Source: Antedon mediterranea (Eukaryota; Animalia; Echinodermata). Taken from it: a stretch of 64,000 bases of DNA. The translations under genes were made by a program, and so were the position numbers. The notes under the pieces were generated by a model. The model saw only the letters and a program-made list of their open reading frames with translations, searched no databases and was not told the origin of the DNA. Shown here piece after piece: positions 29,801 to 47,312 of the stretch. The stretch covers positions 8,060,001 to 8,124,000 of the forward strand of contig NC_092674.1 in the NCBI RefSeq assembly GCF_964355755.1. The letters are read 5' to 3'. Position 1 is the stretch's first letter, and each line of letters starts with the position of its first letter.

Positions 29801-32800
29801 AAAACAAAATCCTTTATTAGAATCTTATGACAATGTTCTGCAAACAATATATAAATAATCACATACAGTAGTTTGTGTCATAATTTCATAAAATAATAAT
29901 AATATCAAGTAATACCCATAATAGCATAACATAGTTTTCAATTCAAATAAGCATTTCTCTCTAATACAAATGCGTGATGCCACAAATTGACACCACCATG
30001 ACCATAGACAATTATTATTCTTTGCCACGCCATTTTCGTGAATGGCTACACAAGCCTAGTCCCCAATATTTTTAAAAGATTTGAATGAGTCACAAAAACG
30101 ATAACATTTTAGTAAAAACTGTGTTAACCGCAGAAGATTCACTTCTCTGAATTATTACAATACCTGAGGATTTTTAAGGAAGGTTTCCTTGTTATTGACG
30201 CACCCGCCTGCTGACGGCCCTTTCCAATCAGCGTGTAACGTCTTCTCATGCCACGTACGGTGTAAGGTCAGGTACTTCTTGTTAGGCATGCGACAGATGA
30301 CCAGGTTCGTAAAATTTTTCAAAAACAGATCATAAGGCATCCTAATAAAACAAAATTTGACTTCATATTGAAAATATTAAATTAAAAAAAAAAAACATTT
30401 TGAGGGGGCGTTTCCAAATGATGTTCTATGGGGGTGGTTCGAAGGAGAAATTTATTCAAACAAAAATGGATTGGTACATAGCATATTAACTCATATGATG
30501 AATAACTAAATCTTGCTTATAAATCAAGTTTCAGAAACCTGGTCAAAGGTTAGGATTAAAGATAAAAGAGGAGAAAACCTGGCCAAAATTCAGGATTAAA
30601 TATAATGGAGGAAAAACTTAAAGATCAGGATTGCGAATAAAAGAGGAGAAAACCTAGTCAAAGATCAGGATTGCGAATAAAAGAGAAGAAAACATAGTCA
30701 CAGGTCAGAATTGAGGATAAAAGAGTAGAAAACCTAGTCAAAGGTCAGGATTGAGAATAAAAGAGAAGAAAACATAGTCAAAGGTCAGACTGGAGATAAA
30801 ATAGGAGAAACCTAGTCAAAGGTCAGGATTGAGATTAAAAGAGTAGAAAACCTGGTCAAAGGTCAGATTGAAGATAAAATAGGAGAAAACCTAGTCAAAG
30901 GTCAGAATTGAGGATAAAAGAGTAGAAAACCTGGTCAAATGTCAGGATTGAACCTGGACTTTGGAAATTGAAGGAAAGCATTGAAACTTAAGTAGTAACA
31001 GAGCTACTAAACTTTTGTTTTGTTTATATATATTTTCTTACCAAAATTCTCCATCATCTTTTACGGTTACACCCATTTCCTTTCTCTTGCTTTCGCTTAC
31101 TTTTTTCCATTCGTCAGATCTGTTAAGTAAATTGCAATGAAGTTTAATGAGTATAAATATATTATAAAATGTTTCTGAATTCAACCAATTTGTTACCACC
31201 ATGCCACAAACAAGATCAATAATAAATAATCAAATATGTATATAGTAAGAATCATAAATCGTATTTTTAAACTTCACGACTTTTAAAAAATACTGTATAA
31301 TTACCCATCACTCCATGGGCCATTCCATTCTTTTTCGCCCCAGGGGTTACGTAGACGAACCAACTTGACCTTTTCACGGTTGAATAAGCTTAGCACTCCA
31401 TGTTTACTCAGCTTGACATCTTTGACCCCTGTGATACCATATGCATGACCTTTGACCAACCCTACTTCGGTTTTTGCCTCCATTTCTTCGGCTGATTTGA
31501 TCTGAAGATTGAAAATTAAGAATTAACCATTGCATGGAATAACAATTTACAGACAAACGGAAAGTGGAATTGATGTTTAGTGGATTAGAACCAAAGACCA
31601 TAGAATTAGAAGGTAGTCAGTCATCTTACTTTTTTTGCTCTAGTCTATACTTGCCCAAAGTTATAGTCAAAGCTCCAGCCGGACACAATTATTCAAATGA
31701 TGTATATGGGGAACCTTTATTTAAGGGACACCTTTAGGATCAACAAAGTAGGCGAGTCCTATGAATAAAGGTTGGCCATTAGTGTTAATTATACTTCTTG
31801 TTGTTTGTTAAATGGGAAAGTTATTTTATTCCATCGAAACCAACAGCTGAACAAGAAATATTTGAACTATCACTGAAGGCAACATAGACAACAGCAAATA
31901 TAGGAGAATGCTTGCAATACTCTACAGCAAACCACTATTCAGGAGACACAGGTGTTCCACTGTACCTACAGATAGCCAAAGGTGCAGGCTCAAGAAAACG
32001 CCAAACTTAAGCCAGACATTTAACTATGTTTGTTAGACTTGGCGAAAAATATGTACACTACCTTAATAGAACAGCTCATTAAGAAGTTGCGATGATGGGC
32101 TTTGCGGAGTTCAGCCCACAGGTCTTCCTTCTCTTGTTCTCCCTCCTGTAGCTTGGGGTCTGTAAGTTCAAGTGTCTGGGCGACACCAGCAGTGAAATCT
32201 GTTAAGGCATCTGCAGTATTGCCTCCATCAAGGTTCTCATAACATCCACTTAGCCTAAAAGTTACAAAATATTGTTACTTATTTTTTATCAACTTAAACA
32301 AATAGTTTTCATTTGCCAAAAAGTGACAATTTTCATAAGACAATTATACCGGAATATACCAGAAACTCTCAGAAAAGAAACCAGACTTTTCTATAGGTTT
32401 AATAGGTGCCAAATTAGTTTTTATCATCAAAAACCCAATTGGAATACTAGAGTTTCTAGAAAACCAGATACGTTAGGCCAGCCAAAGGGTGTCCTGTATT
32501 ATTAGCATTGACTGAACTATAACATCTTTAAGGTTAGTTCTATGATTAATATCAATATTCAATATTCAATCAACTTTATTGTCAAACTCATAAATGGCTT
32601 GAAACTTTGGCTGAAAGTACACACATTAAAATTGTCTAAAAACATTGTCGCACAAACAGTAAAAAAGAATAAAATCACATAAAACTGAGAACAAGATGTC
32701 ATATAAAAAGTTAAAAGAGGTTAAGACAATAAAAAGAGAATGCTAGGCTCTAACTCCCTCTAGTATCCACACTATATACAGTACAAATACAAAAGAAACT

Positions 32801-34774
32801 CACTTGGCATAGGCTTTCTCAAGCAGGGCCGACCAGAATTCATTTTTGGACTGTGAATGTATATAAATAAGCTCTCCATTAACTGTTGGCAGGCGATCAT
32901 CAATCACAACTTCAACCCAGGCTCCAAAACGCCAGAATCGGAATCTGAATACTCCGCAATAATTATCCGGATTCTCTTTATCCCATTCCTGATCCTGGAT
33001 TTTCGGGATCACCTACAGTATAGTAAATAAATGGGAAAACTTGTTATATTGTAAAATCAAATGTATTGTATTCACAATGCAGGTACAGTATGTTTCTGAT
33101 GTCATTGTCATACAGTAACAACATTGGGCCGGATTTATCAAACTTGCTTAGCAAACAAATCATCTTAACTTTAACTTATATCCTTGATTATTGCTTAAGT
33201 CAGATTTATTAATATACCTAAGCAAAAATATTTGCTTAACTTTGTGTTTTTCATTTAAGATGAATAACACCCAGCCTGCCCAATTTTTCTGGTAAGACAG
33301 TTTGAAATAATCAGTTATTTATTAGTTATTTGCTTAAGCACTTCTTAAATACTTCAGCTTAAATATTGATAAATGCCAATCCTGTACTGTAGATTCAAAT
33401 TAAATTGTTAATAATAAATTATTTCAATTATTTTGACAAACCTTTTCAAATATTTCTTCCTGTTGAGCAAGACTAGATGACGCTGCTACAAACCAACAGT
33501 TACCAAGCTGACCCTGAGTCACATCACCGCTATCGGCACCCTCAACAAGTAACTTAGGATCCTCACAAATCTCCTAAGATATATAAAATGTGAATGGTAG
33601 TTGGTAACCTTTGTATATTCTAAAAGGTCATTCAAAGCTACTCTTTACCACAACTTGCTAACTAGATTGCTTGACTACTTTACTAGGGATGATGTTTAAA
33701 TCTAGCTACTATAGAACCCCTGTTTGGGACACCCCTATTTAGGGTCCACTACTACTAAAGTGACACTTTGCCGTGACAGAAACATGGAACCATGTACTGT
33801 ATATGTTTTAAGTCCCTATACAGGGGACACCTGCTTGGTCCCAAATGTGTCCCATTAATAGTTCGAGTATGGTGTGTGTTCTGGACACATGGTCATCAAA
33901 CCTTAATGCGACCAGAATGTGTATAGAACAGTGGAACATCTCAATTCAGGGGAAACCTGTCAAAGGGACACTTTCCTGAGAAACAAACATGGGGAAGTAT
34001 ATAGAAACTATTTAATAAGCGCTTCTTCTATTTTTGATAGTCCTATTGTTGTTTTTTTAGTAATTTTTATATGTTTCATTGTATGTCTTTTTGCTGTTCT
34101 TTCAAAGGACCTCATTGGAAACAAGTCCGTAGAGGACTTTTATGAGTTATCCTTGGCATCCTTTCTTGTTTTATTCATGGTTTTTTATATTTGCTATTTT
34201 TAATTGTATGTCTGTGATTTTTTATGTGCTGATGCCGAAATTAATCAAATCAAATCAAATCATGTTTACGGCGGCCAACCGCCCCTATTAACGTGACGTT
34301 TTTTGGGTTCTGAATGTGTCCCCTTAATAATAATAAGGGTTCTACTGTATTCCGTAGGGAAATTATGTGATGGCACCACACCCTGGTGTATAATACTACT
34401 GTTCACATAGCACTGCAGTACAAAAATACTGTAAAACTACAGTATAGTTTACTGTACAGTTACAGTACAGTTACAGTACAGTTACAGTACAGTACAGTCA
34501 CAGTACAGTTACAGTATAGGTAACAAATAGGTAATCTTTATGGATCGTGGAAGAGGTTTGTTCACTTTCTTCCATCTGGAATACTACTACTGTATACCTT
34601 TGGTCTCTTCCATACAATTTGTTCCGGAGCGCTCTTGGAGTGAAACAGCGATTTTCCCTCTGCCGGAAACAAAGGATCTTCCCAGAGTATTCCATTTGCT
34701 TTTGCAGCCTTGCATATATCCTCGTAATTCTGGTTACCGAAACGAGTCGGAGGAGTTCCAAAAAGTCCTCCCAT
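26848..34774 (-). CDS. CAPN5: Calpain-5 (TRA-3 type: CysPc, domain III, C-terminal C2)
   Basis: Exons (-): 34598-34774, 33442-33573 ([12 protein letters not shown], catalytic Cys), 32804-33012 ([19 protein letters not shown]), 32062-32254, 31305-31501 (GHAY His; RNPWG Asn), 31042-31119, 30164-30341 (SAGGC..NPQ), 29598-29711, 28841-29037, 28069-28187, 27461-27597 (ADPYVYI, C2), 26848-27030. No penta-EF-hand domain. Confidence 0.92.
28540..28770 (+). mobile_element. tRNA-derived SINE (degenerate)
   Basis: B-box-like gggttcgagatc followed by tgtgaccttaggcaagact, a CORE-like SINE segment. Confidence 0.55.
30535..30952. repeat. ~40-bp minisatellite, ~11 copies, in a calpain-5 intron
   Basis: Unit aaaacct(a/g)gtcaaaggtcaggattgagrataaaagagtag at ~30535, 30573, 30612, 30649, 30689, 30729, 30769, 30808, 30847, 30886 and 30926. 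Confidence 0.92.
33708..34349. mobile_element. Cluster of degenerate Tc1/pogo-like MITE fragments (cagtggaacc..gggacac motifs)
   Basis: Repeated gggacacc/gtgtccc motifs, with tagaacccc start and gggttctactgta end. Similar fragments at ~31710-31970. Confidence 0.5.
34455..34516. repeat. (TACAGTACAGT)n short tandem repeat
   Basis: Direct reading. Confidence 0.85.
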
Positions 34775-37700
34775 TTTGTCTTTAAAAAAAAAAGAAAAAA
34801 CCATTTAATTATATTAATAATACTGTATTTGTACCTATTTAGCGCTGGGTAACTCTTTGTAAAATTTTAGGCTTTATAGTACAGTATATTTGTTTGACAT
34901 AATTAAGTACAGTACTATATATGGGATAATGAATTTAGTATGAGTAAAGTGTTGACGAGTGGTAACGGTAATAAAAATATAGAATCTATGTTATTCCTAA
35001 TGACCATTTACACATACGGAGGATATTGTAGATACAGAATCTAGAGTATGCGGGACAAGCTGATCTGTGTAAATTGGCCTTTATAGACTTAATTAACTTG
35101 AAGACAATTCCATGATTATTTTTTCAGATTCTTCATAGAATTTTAACTTACATTTTAATATTGTGCCGATATTACATTTCAGGATTTCCTAATAAAATCC
35201 CTAATTTTATTTACTGATATTAAAGATTACAAAATATGAGCATATTAAACGTATTAAACATTTTTTTTCTTTTATATACACACACTGTAGAGTAGGGACT
35301 TTTTTTTAAAAAGGTAAAACAACAATTTATATTTAGTATTTTAAAGACTTAATAATAATTATAATTTTTGTTGGTGAAAGTTTATACACAAAAACCTATT
35401 TTTTACAGTAAATGCAAATCTATAAATTGTGTTAGCTTTGTCTACATGCAATCATGCATAGGTAATAAGATCAAAGTCCAACCAAAGACAGACTGCAAAC
35501 AATGATAATCAATTAAACAATTATAATATTCAAAATATTTAATTTTTTTTATTAAACAAAGACTGCAAATTTCTTTTGTGTTACACACTTGTTTAGTAAG
35601 TTTTCTGTTAAGATAACAAAGCATTGCAGCAATTATTGTTAATGTTAGTATTAAACAGTAGCCATGACCTGAAATTATAATATAAATAATTGTTCTTCAT
35701 AAAAAATACAATAATTACTTTATTTGTTGTTAATAATAAGGTGTTGTTAATAATATAAGGTGATTGTGTTTAACATTTGACATTCAAAGAGAAAAAAAAT
35801 GCTGCAACTCTACATTGATTGGAAATTGTATTTTTTCAATGAAATAAGATACCAAAGATAATCCAGAGACATCAACAGAACTTTAATTTTGTAAACTCAT
35901 TGTTAATAATAATCAGAAATGTACAGTAATGCAAAATATCCCGACAAATTCTGGTGTTTTGGGATAGGTATTCTCAGGCCTTCTTTTGAAAATTATACTG
36001 TAGGTGTGCTACAAATTGCACTCCTCAATACATTCAGGGGTGCTGTAGGTGTTCTGTTTGTATTTTGGTGTGTACTGTAGATGTTTACCAAATTAAACGT
36101 TTTGTAAATCGCACTCCTCAAGGGCAGTTTAGTGTATGTTAGGTGAGTGATGATCAAACTCGTTCGCCTTAAAAGACAAGGCCTGGATTCTAGGTAGGAG
36201 AATTTTACTGATGGTATTGTGGGTTGCATTTTCAATGAGATTACCTGAAGAAAACTAATCTTCCTTTTATTTTGAATTGTATAGAACTGGAAATGCCATA
36301 CATTGTACAGTTATGATGACAATACAGAACAAATTCCTAACTACAGTGCAGTACCTGCCATACAAAAGCAATGAAAGGCCCATTCACATTCCTAGATGTA
36401 AATACTAGAAATAATACTATTGGGCGGAGTCACCTTTAACTTAAGTTTGTCCAATTTGTCTATTAATTTTATTTTTCAAGCCTTAAATCTAGTTTACTAT
36501 AGTTTTACTGTAGCTCATATCGTTGGTACTGTAGTTCAATTGGGCAGTTTCATTTGGATGTTATATGTCTAGGCATAATCTTGCTTTGCAAAGGTTCCTA
36601 TTATATTTGTGCATTTACTGGTAACTACAGTTTTAGACATTATTATGAGGACATCTTTTGGGATCAATAAAAGTGTCCCATTAGTAAGGGAATCCCCTTA
36701 ATATGGTGGTACTTTCAATGACGAAGTACTGTATCTTATATATTTTATTTCTTTTTTTCTTTTTCTGTTTAGTAAAATTTTTTTATGGATATTCTGAAAT
36801 ATTATTTTATTTACTTTATACCACCCTGGTTAAGATATTCACCTCGTTAGTTTCAGAGGAAAGCCTTAATAGGGATGTAGCCTTTTTAATAGGGATGTCC
36901 AAGGGAGTGGCTCTACTGATCTTAATTTCCACCCATCCTTTTTGTAGCCTTAGAGCTTACACCCATAATTATAAAGTAAAGTATGTCTATGACACATACA
37001 GAAGCACATGGGCTTTCTGAGTTAATTAACTTAATAAATTTCCACTGACATTGACAAAAATGTATCCTTTAAATGCATTAAAAACACCTTGATTTAGTTG
37101 TGGAAGAGCATCTGTTCAAATAGCAATGAAATCAATGAGAAAGCAAACATCAGAAGTTAATTTATAATGTGTGTGCCATTGTAATTTGTTTTAATTTATT
37201 ATTATTCTTTTGTTATTCACTAAACAGCGCATCGTACTACTGTAGTTAGATATTGGGTGAAAATGAAATCAATTTCAAACAATTAACCAAACACTAGTTC
37301 AGTATCTGGTGTTTACACGAACTAGATATTTAACTCCGTTCTATGAACGTCCAAGTTCATATCTTAATCTTAGTCTATGTCCAGGGGGCAGTGTGCGTTT
37401 GTGTGGTCACTGAACTCTTTTTTACAGTATACTGTACCTCAGTGTGATTAATAGTGACATTAACTGATGATGCAGTGTACAATATCTCAGAGGTAATACT
37501 GAATACATTCAATGCAACTGATAGGCTCAGACAAGAGATTTCCATCAAGAGATAGCTGCAAGTTATTAGTTTAAATGGCCAGTGTTTTTTTTTTCCCCTT
37601 TGAATGCATAACAAGCTAAACCACAATGTAATTTGCTGATAGACCGAAATTCATCTCATTATACATAGCTTTTAAAAGTTATAATTATATACAGTGTATA

Positions 37701-37778
37701 GCAAACTGTTCTATCAATGGTTGAAAACTATTGCCATCACTATAAATATCAGAATAGTGGATGCAATAATGAATACTG

Positions 37779-38052
37779 TACCGTATATATTCTCGGGTGT
37801 AATCCCACTTCAGGTCTAATCCTACTTCTACTTTATGTCTGATTTCACAAACAGGCATTCCCTGGGTATAGTCCCTATTGAATTTTGGCCTGCAGTACTG
37901 TATGCCTCTCTCTAGCCAGTTCTGATGAGTTTTTACAAGAAATGCTTACCTATTACCAATCATTTTTTCCTCAGGTATAGTCCCACTCCCGAAAATTAGC
38001 CAAATTTTGTGTTCTAGGGGGGTTGGGGGATTATACCAGAGGATATACGGTA
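37779..38052. mobile_element. pogo-like MITE (TIR taccgtatat); related copy at ~61385-61590
   Basis: taccgtatatattctcgggtgtaatccc ... gggattataccagaggatatacggta inverted ends. Confidence 0.7.
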
Positions 38053-38888
38053 ATAAAAAAAAGAATTTTATTTCATGTCTCTGCTACTAAAGAAATAGAG
38101 GTAATTTATTCACAACCATATTTGAGCAGCAGTTATACATCCCTGCTGCAGAAACATTGTAAACTAGCATTATAATCATGTAATTATCTCTGTCTATTTT
38201 TAGAAATATAATCAAAGCTAATGGATGAGCAATATGGGTCGTTCTAGCATGATACCACTTTACTATTATACACAAAACGATATTATAATTTGTTCTTTTT
38301 TAATACAGTATAGTACTGTACAGCATTACAAGCTATCAGTAGTATAACTGTAGTACTTCAAACATAATAAATTGAGGCTTCAATAAATAAATGTATGCAC
38401 AGTACAGTTCCAGATGGTTAATTGTCTGATCTCTTGTACAGTTTGCAGGGAATTTCTAAACTGTGCATTTCAAATTCAAAAATCTGTTATTGTCCAATTA
38501 CATACACAATACATACATACAATACAATTGTAAATGTGTCGTTTGATACACTACATACATAGCAATTATAAAATAATATAGAGTTATACTGTACATCATT
38601 CACAATACTTGTTACAACAAAAGAAATAACAATTTAAATTTAAAAAAGCACACGTAACTAAAACTAAATGCATTTACAGTAAGTGAGTATGTGGCAAATG
38701 TATTACTTAATATAATATAAGCATTTTAAAAAATTAAATTGAAAGAAAAAACTGTGTTTTATTACAATACAAATTGCAATAATTAAATTCAAATTAGGCT
38801 CTCCGGCTTAAAAAAACACTGTAGTACAGCACACTCTCACCACTAACAAAATTACCCTACCAAAATACTATACTCTGATATGAGATAT

Positions 38889-39062
38889 AAAGCTCTGTCT
38901 ACACGATCAAACTTGACAACAACATGTGATGTGCCTAAACATGGTAGTGATATGCTCAAAGTCAAATATGGTAGTGATATGACATCATAATCATCATGTC
39001 CATATATATGGGCACATCCCATTTTTGTTTCACATAAAGTTTGATAGTGTAGACAGAGCTTT
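38889..39062. mobile_element. Full-length copy of the agctctgtctacactatcaaact MITE
   Basis: taaagctctgtctacac...gtgtagacagagcttta terminal inverted repeats. Confidence 0.85.
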
Positions 39063-40916
39063 ACAATGGTAGGTACATCCCAGAGTTGTGACTCTCGCTC
39101 TGGATTTAATGCAAGAACCAACATTTCACTATTATAATATTTTACCATGGCTTTCATAAATTTTGCCAGCAATTTCCCTTCCTCCTGCCATTGTCAACTA
39201 AATGCAAGTCAAGTACAGTAACAATGGAAACAGTTATTTATTGTCAATCAAATCATCTGCTAGTAATAATAACAAAGAAAGCATTGTCATCAAGACAGTA
39301 GATCTGTTTGTAAAAATAAAGCTTAATGCCACCCCCATAGTATTATACCAATGGTCATACTTGAATTCACAAGGTCACACATGTACAAGGACAGAGTTTG
39401 TATAATGAGTAATATATAAGCACATCCACTTCAGATACTGTATTATATTATATCTCTAATATAAACAGTTTACTTAAGCCTCGATTCAAACATGCACACC
39501 CACAGCATACATTCTTCAACAACAAATTACAAACTGGAAAAATGATCCATGACGACCGCTGAAATATTACATTGAAATTATCTTATTAGATTGTAATTTA
39601 AGAAATAAACAGATTGTATTTTAATTTTGTTCACTGAAGTGAAAGATGTGTATAACTTTGTGAGTTATGGAAATTCAAATTTAAAGTAAAAATCATTGAG
39701 AGAGGTGCAGGATTGGTTGTTTCATTGCATTTGTCTGTGCACGGAGCTAAAATTATAAATTAGTTTAATTTCTCCATGGTCTGTGCATTAGGCCTAAATG
39801 TAGCTTATTTTTGTGATTTTACTACGGAACTATAATTTATTTATATATAAATAATTATTATATATTCATTTACCATGCTTAACACCTTTTCATTTTAATG
39901 GGTAGTTCTAGGAAAATGGAATGTACTACTGTACATTAGTCTAAAGCAAAAATAAGTGGATGTAAATTTTGTCTAAAGCCTATCCATCACTTTAAAGAGA
40001 TTTATCCACTTAGCTACTGTACATACTACTATTTTATACCCTGTACTGTACCTACAGTAAACAAGTTTATAATATAATTTAATGAAAAGATACTTTTAAT
40101 TATTCATTAATTAAGCCATGGCCTAATTAATACTAAAATAAAGTTAAAACACAGCAGTTAGAACAGTAGAAAAACAGTAATATCAGTATTTTAATCTAAA
40201 CCACCTGACAAGTGTACTGTATCATAAATTAATAATTAAGTGAAATGTCAGAATCATGAATAGCCAATTGAAAGAATAGCATTCCAAACATTTTTATCTT
40301 TAAAATAATAAAGTAATTCAATACCTTAGCTACTACTACAGGGAAAAAAAGACAAAAGTAAAAAAAGACAAAAATAACAAATTATAAGTAATTCAATATC
40401 ATTAGAGGAAAAGTCAAATGAAATCAACAAAAATGCATACATGTAGCTATAAAGTTCCCAATATAAATGTTTTATAATAAAGTTGTGTTGCCCTATCTAC
40501 AGACGCACCTATATTAATAGGCCATACACAAATGATTGATAATGAAATCGATACAAATTATTTTTTTTTATTGTACCAAAATATGAATGTAATCCAGTGA
40601 ACCGTGATGATAGTTGCACTATATAGTAATAGTAAAATAAAGTAGCTTGATCCTAATCATTTTATTATTTGTTTATCTGTTGTATTGTGCACAATAAATA
40701 ATATTTTAGGCCATGTCCATATATTTCCACACTATATACAGCAGTCTGCATAATAACAATTAATGAGAATTATTGTACATTCTTAAATGTGATGAAACTC
40801 AATCAATGGCAATGTTGTTCCTGTCCATTTATTCTAAAATATTGATAAGATGCAGTGTCGAAAAAAGAAAAATTGTTAATATCATATAGTACTATTACTA
40901 TGTAATATTAATTATT

Positions 40917-41160
40917 AAACATTGTTTTCAATTTAAAAAATTTACAAAAATTCTCAATCTCTCTTCTCCACAAAAAATTATATTATTTAAATAGGCCTAG
41001 GCCTAGATTTTTGTTTGTTGTTGTTGAATTAAACATTGTATTCAATTAAAAAAATTTACAAAAATTCTCAATCTCTCTTCTCCACAAAAAATTATATTAT
41101 TTAAATAGGCCTAGACTAGGAGCCTAGGCCTAGTAGATTTTTGTTTGTTGTTGTTGTTAA
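40917..41160. repeat. Local tandem duplication (~115-bp unit)
   Basis: aaaaatttacaaaaattctcaatctctcttctccacaaaaaattatattatttaaataggcctag occurs twice. Confidence 0.85.
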
Positions 41161-41459
41161 AATCCTTTATATTAGGCTAGGCATAATAATTACAGAATGC
41201 TAACGAAATTACTTAACTACCGTACAATTAATAGCTATTTTCCATTCACCACAAAGTAATCAATAACAAGTAGGCTTGGCATCCTTCCCTTTGATGATCC
41301 ATGACTACGTCCGACGCCCCCAACCAACCTCAGTCAGCAGGTAAACAACAAACCATTTTCAATAATATATCGTCGGGTAGGCCTAACAATCTCCACGTTA
41401 TGATAGCATTCAAAGTCATTTAAATATTATATAAACGTAAACAATACTTTCAGAATACT

Positions 41460-41900
41460 TACAAATATCAAGTATGATACGGCAGAAAACTTGAGAATTT
41501 AGAAATATGCGATAAAACAGTGGATTTAATCCAGAAAATGACAGAAAGACACTCAAGCCCCGCGCGAACTCAAATAATCTCTGCGGCAAATCAACACACA
41601 ACAAACAACGCCCTTCTTTCCTGAACCGCGATAGAAGGACGTATTTCATTGGTTGAATAAGTAATCATTTCAAAGATGTCTGCGCCCATGATAAAATTGC
41701 ATGAACGAAATTGGTAGATTAGTAAATATTTTTAGTATTTAATTCATTGCTTTTTTTGTTAAATTATGCACAATACGTCTAGTATATTCGTTCAAAATGA
41801 GCTGTGTATAAAATGTATTTTATAGCATTTAATGAATTTATAGGCCGAGGCGAGGCTAGGCAGCTGCTGGCTGCTAGCTATCCACTCTCTCTTAGTCTTA
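41460..41900. promoter_or_regulatory. Putative bidirectional promoter CAPN5/BCS1L
   Basis: Locally CpG-richer. Minus-strand donor (acttac) at ~41457-41462 for a likely non-coding CAPN5 exon, ATTGG (CCAAT) at ~41648, and head-to-head gene arrangement. TSSs are inferred. Confidence 0.45.
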
Positions 41901-42285
41901 GTTATTAGTCTGGGCCTAGTCTCTAGACTACTCTAGCTAGGACCAGGCAAAAAGACCAGACCTAGCAAGCATTAGATGCCTAGGCCATAGAGTAAAAGTA
42001 AATTGATGGTAAAGTAATATCATATTCCTAATCAAGTCTGTCAACAACAAACATGCATTAATAAATAATAGTTTACAGATCAGATGAAATTTAATTTTGT
42101 AATAAGCGTATAATTATTGCAATTAATTGATAATGAATTTAATAATTAATAATAATATATTATCTGTAAACTAAATTTAATATTCTTTAATCTTGTTTTA
42201 TCTTTCAGGAATCTACAGACAAATCCAATATGCAAATTAGATGATATTGGAATTTTTTTATAAATAAAGCAACATTCAAATAAAG

Positions 42286-46284
<3,999 letters not shown>

Positions 46285-47312
46285 TTGTTTACCATCGCTA
46301 GGCAACATCCAGTACAAATTCTATTATACCTTTTGATCCTTAAAGGCCAGGTGCGGGCAAAAAATTTCTATTGATCATACATTCCAATAATTATCGATCT
46401 ATAGTTTCCCCTATGTTTCATAATTTTTGGGATTTTATTTGTGTTACACGAGCTTGTTGAAAATAAGCACTTTCATATCAGTGGGGGATAGTTCAAATTA
46501 CACAGTAAAATCTCTATTCTTTTGTACACACATTTTGTAAATAGAGAGGCATTTTAAAAAGCTATGAAAAATAAATGGTGTGGTAAAAAATGTTATCAGA
46601 TGATCAAATATAGGTAATATAACTTGAATATTACATTTCTGATATTTTTATTCAACTTCAAATTTTTATTTTCATGCTATAGCAAAAATTATCCACCGTA
46701 TATCCACCATCTTTTTTCACCGTCTAGGGAGTCACCAGACATGTCATTACATTAGGTTAACTACCTAACTACTGAAAAAAAGTCTTCCTGGTTTTTATGG
46801 AAGAATTTTGCCAAATTTTGTATTTTACCATATTAAGGGAAATTCATGTTTTTTCGTCTCGATTTCTGTTACAAATATTTCATTAATGTACAATTAACCA
46901 AATATTATATTTAAAATTCATGCCTGTACCTGAGCTTTAACTATAATAGAATACCACCAAACTCAATTTTTTTTTAATAAGAACCCAAAGGATATATATT
47001 TTCAGTACTACAGTAAAGTATATGAAAAGTTACATTAAACAACACATTGTTTTACAGTATTTAAAAAGGCAAACAAGTTGCGTTCTATTATTCTCATAAA
47101 CATCAGACAAGAAAACAACAATAATTTCAAATAATATGTTTTAATTTTCTATTGAATATTATAGTACTCATTAAACTAGCTTAGCTCATGGTGATATTTC
47201 CCCTTTAGTTGGAAAAAATAATGTCCCAATAAAACATATGACTTGAAGACAGGGACTTCCAACTAATTACCCTGCGAGTTTCTAATTGATATAAAATGAC
47301 ACGCATCAATAT

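Noticed and set aside
30535-30952. CRISPR-like regular repeat array
   Set aside because: No unique spacers. Whole units are repeated in a eukaryotic intron with no cas genes, so this is a minisatellite.
35442-39405. Short ORFs in the long 5' intron of calpain-5
   Set aside because: Low-complexity or MITE-derived, with no recognisable domains or consistent exon structure.
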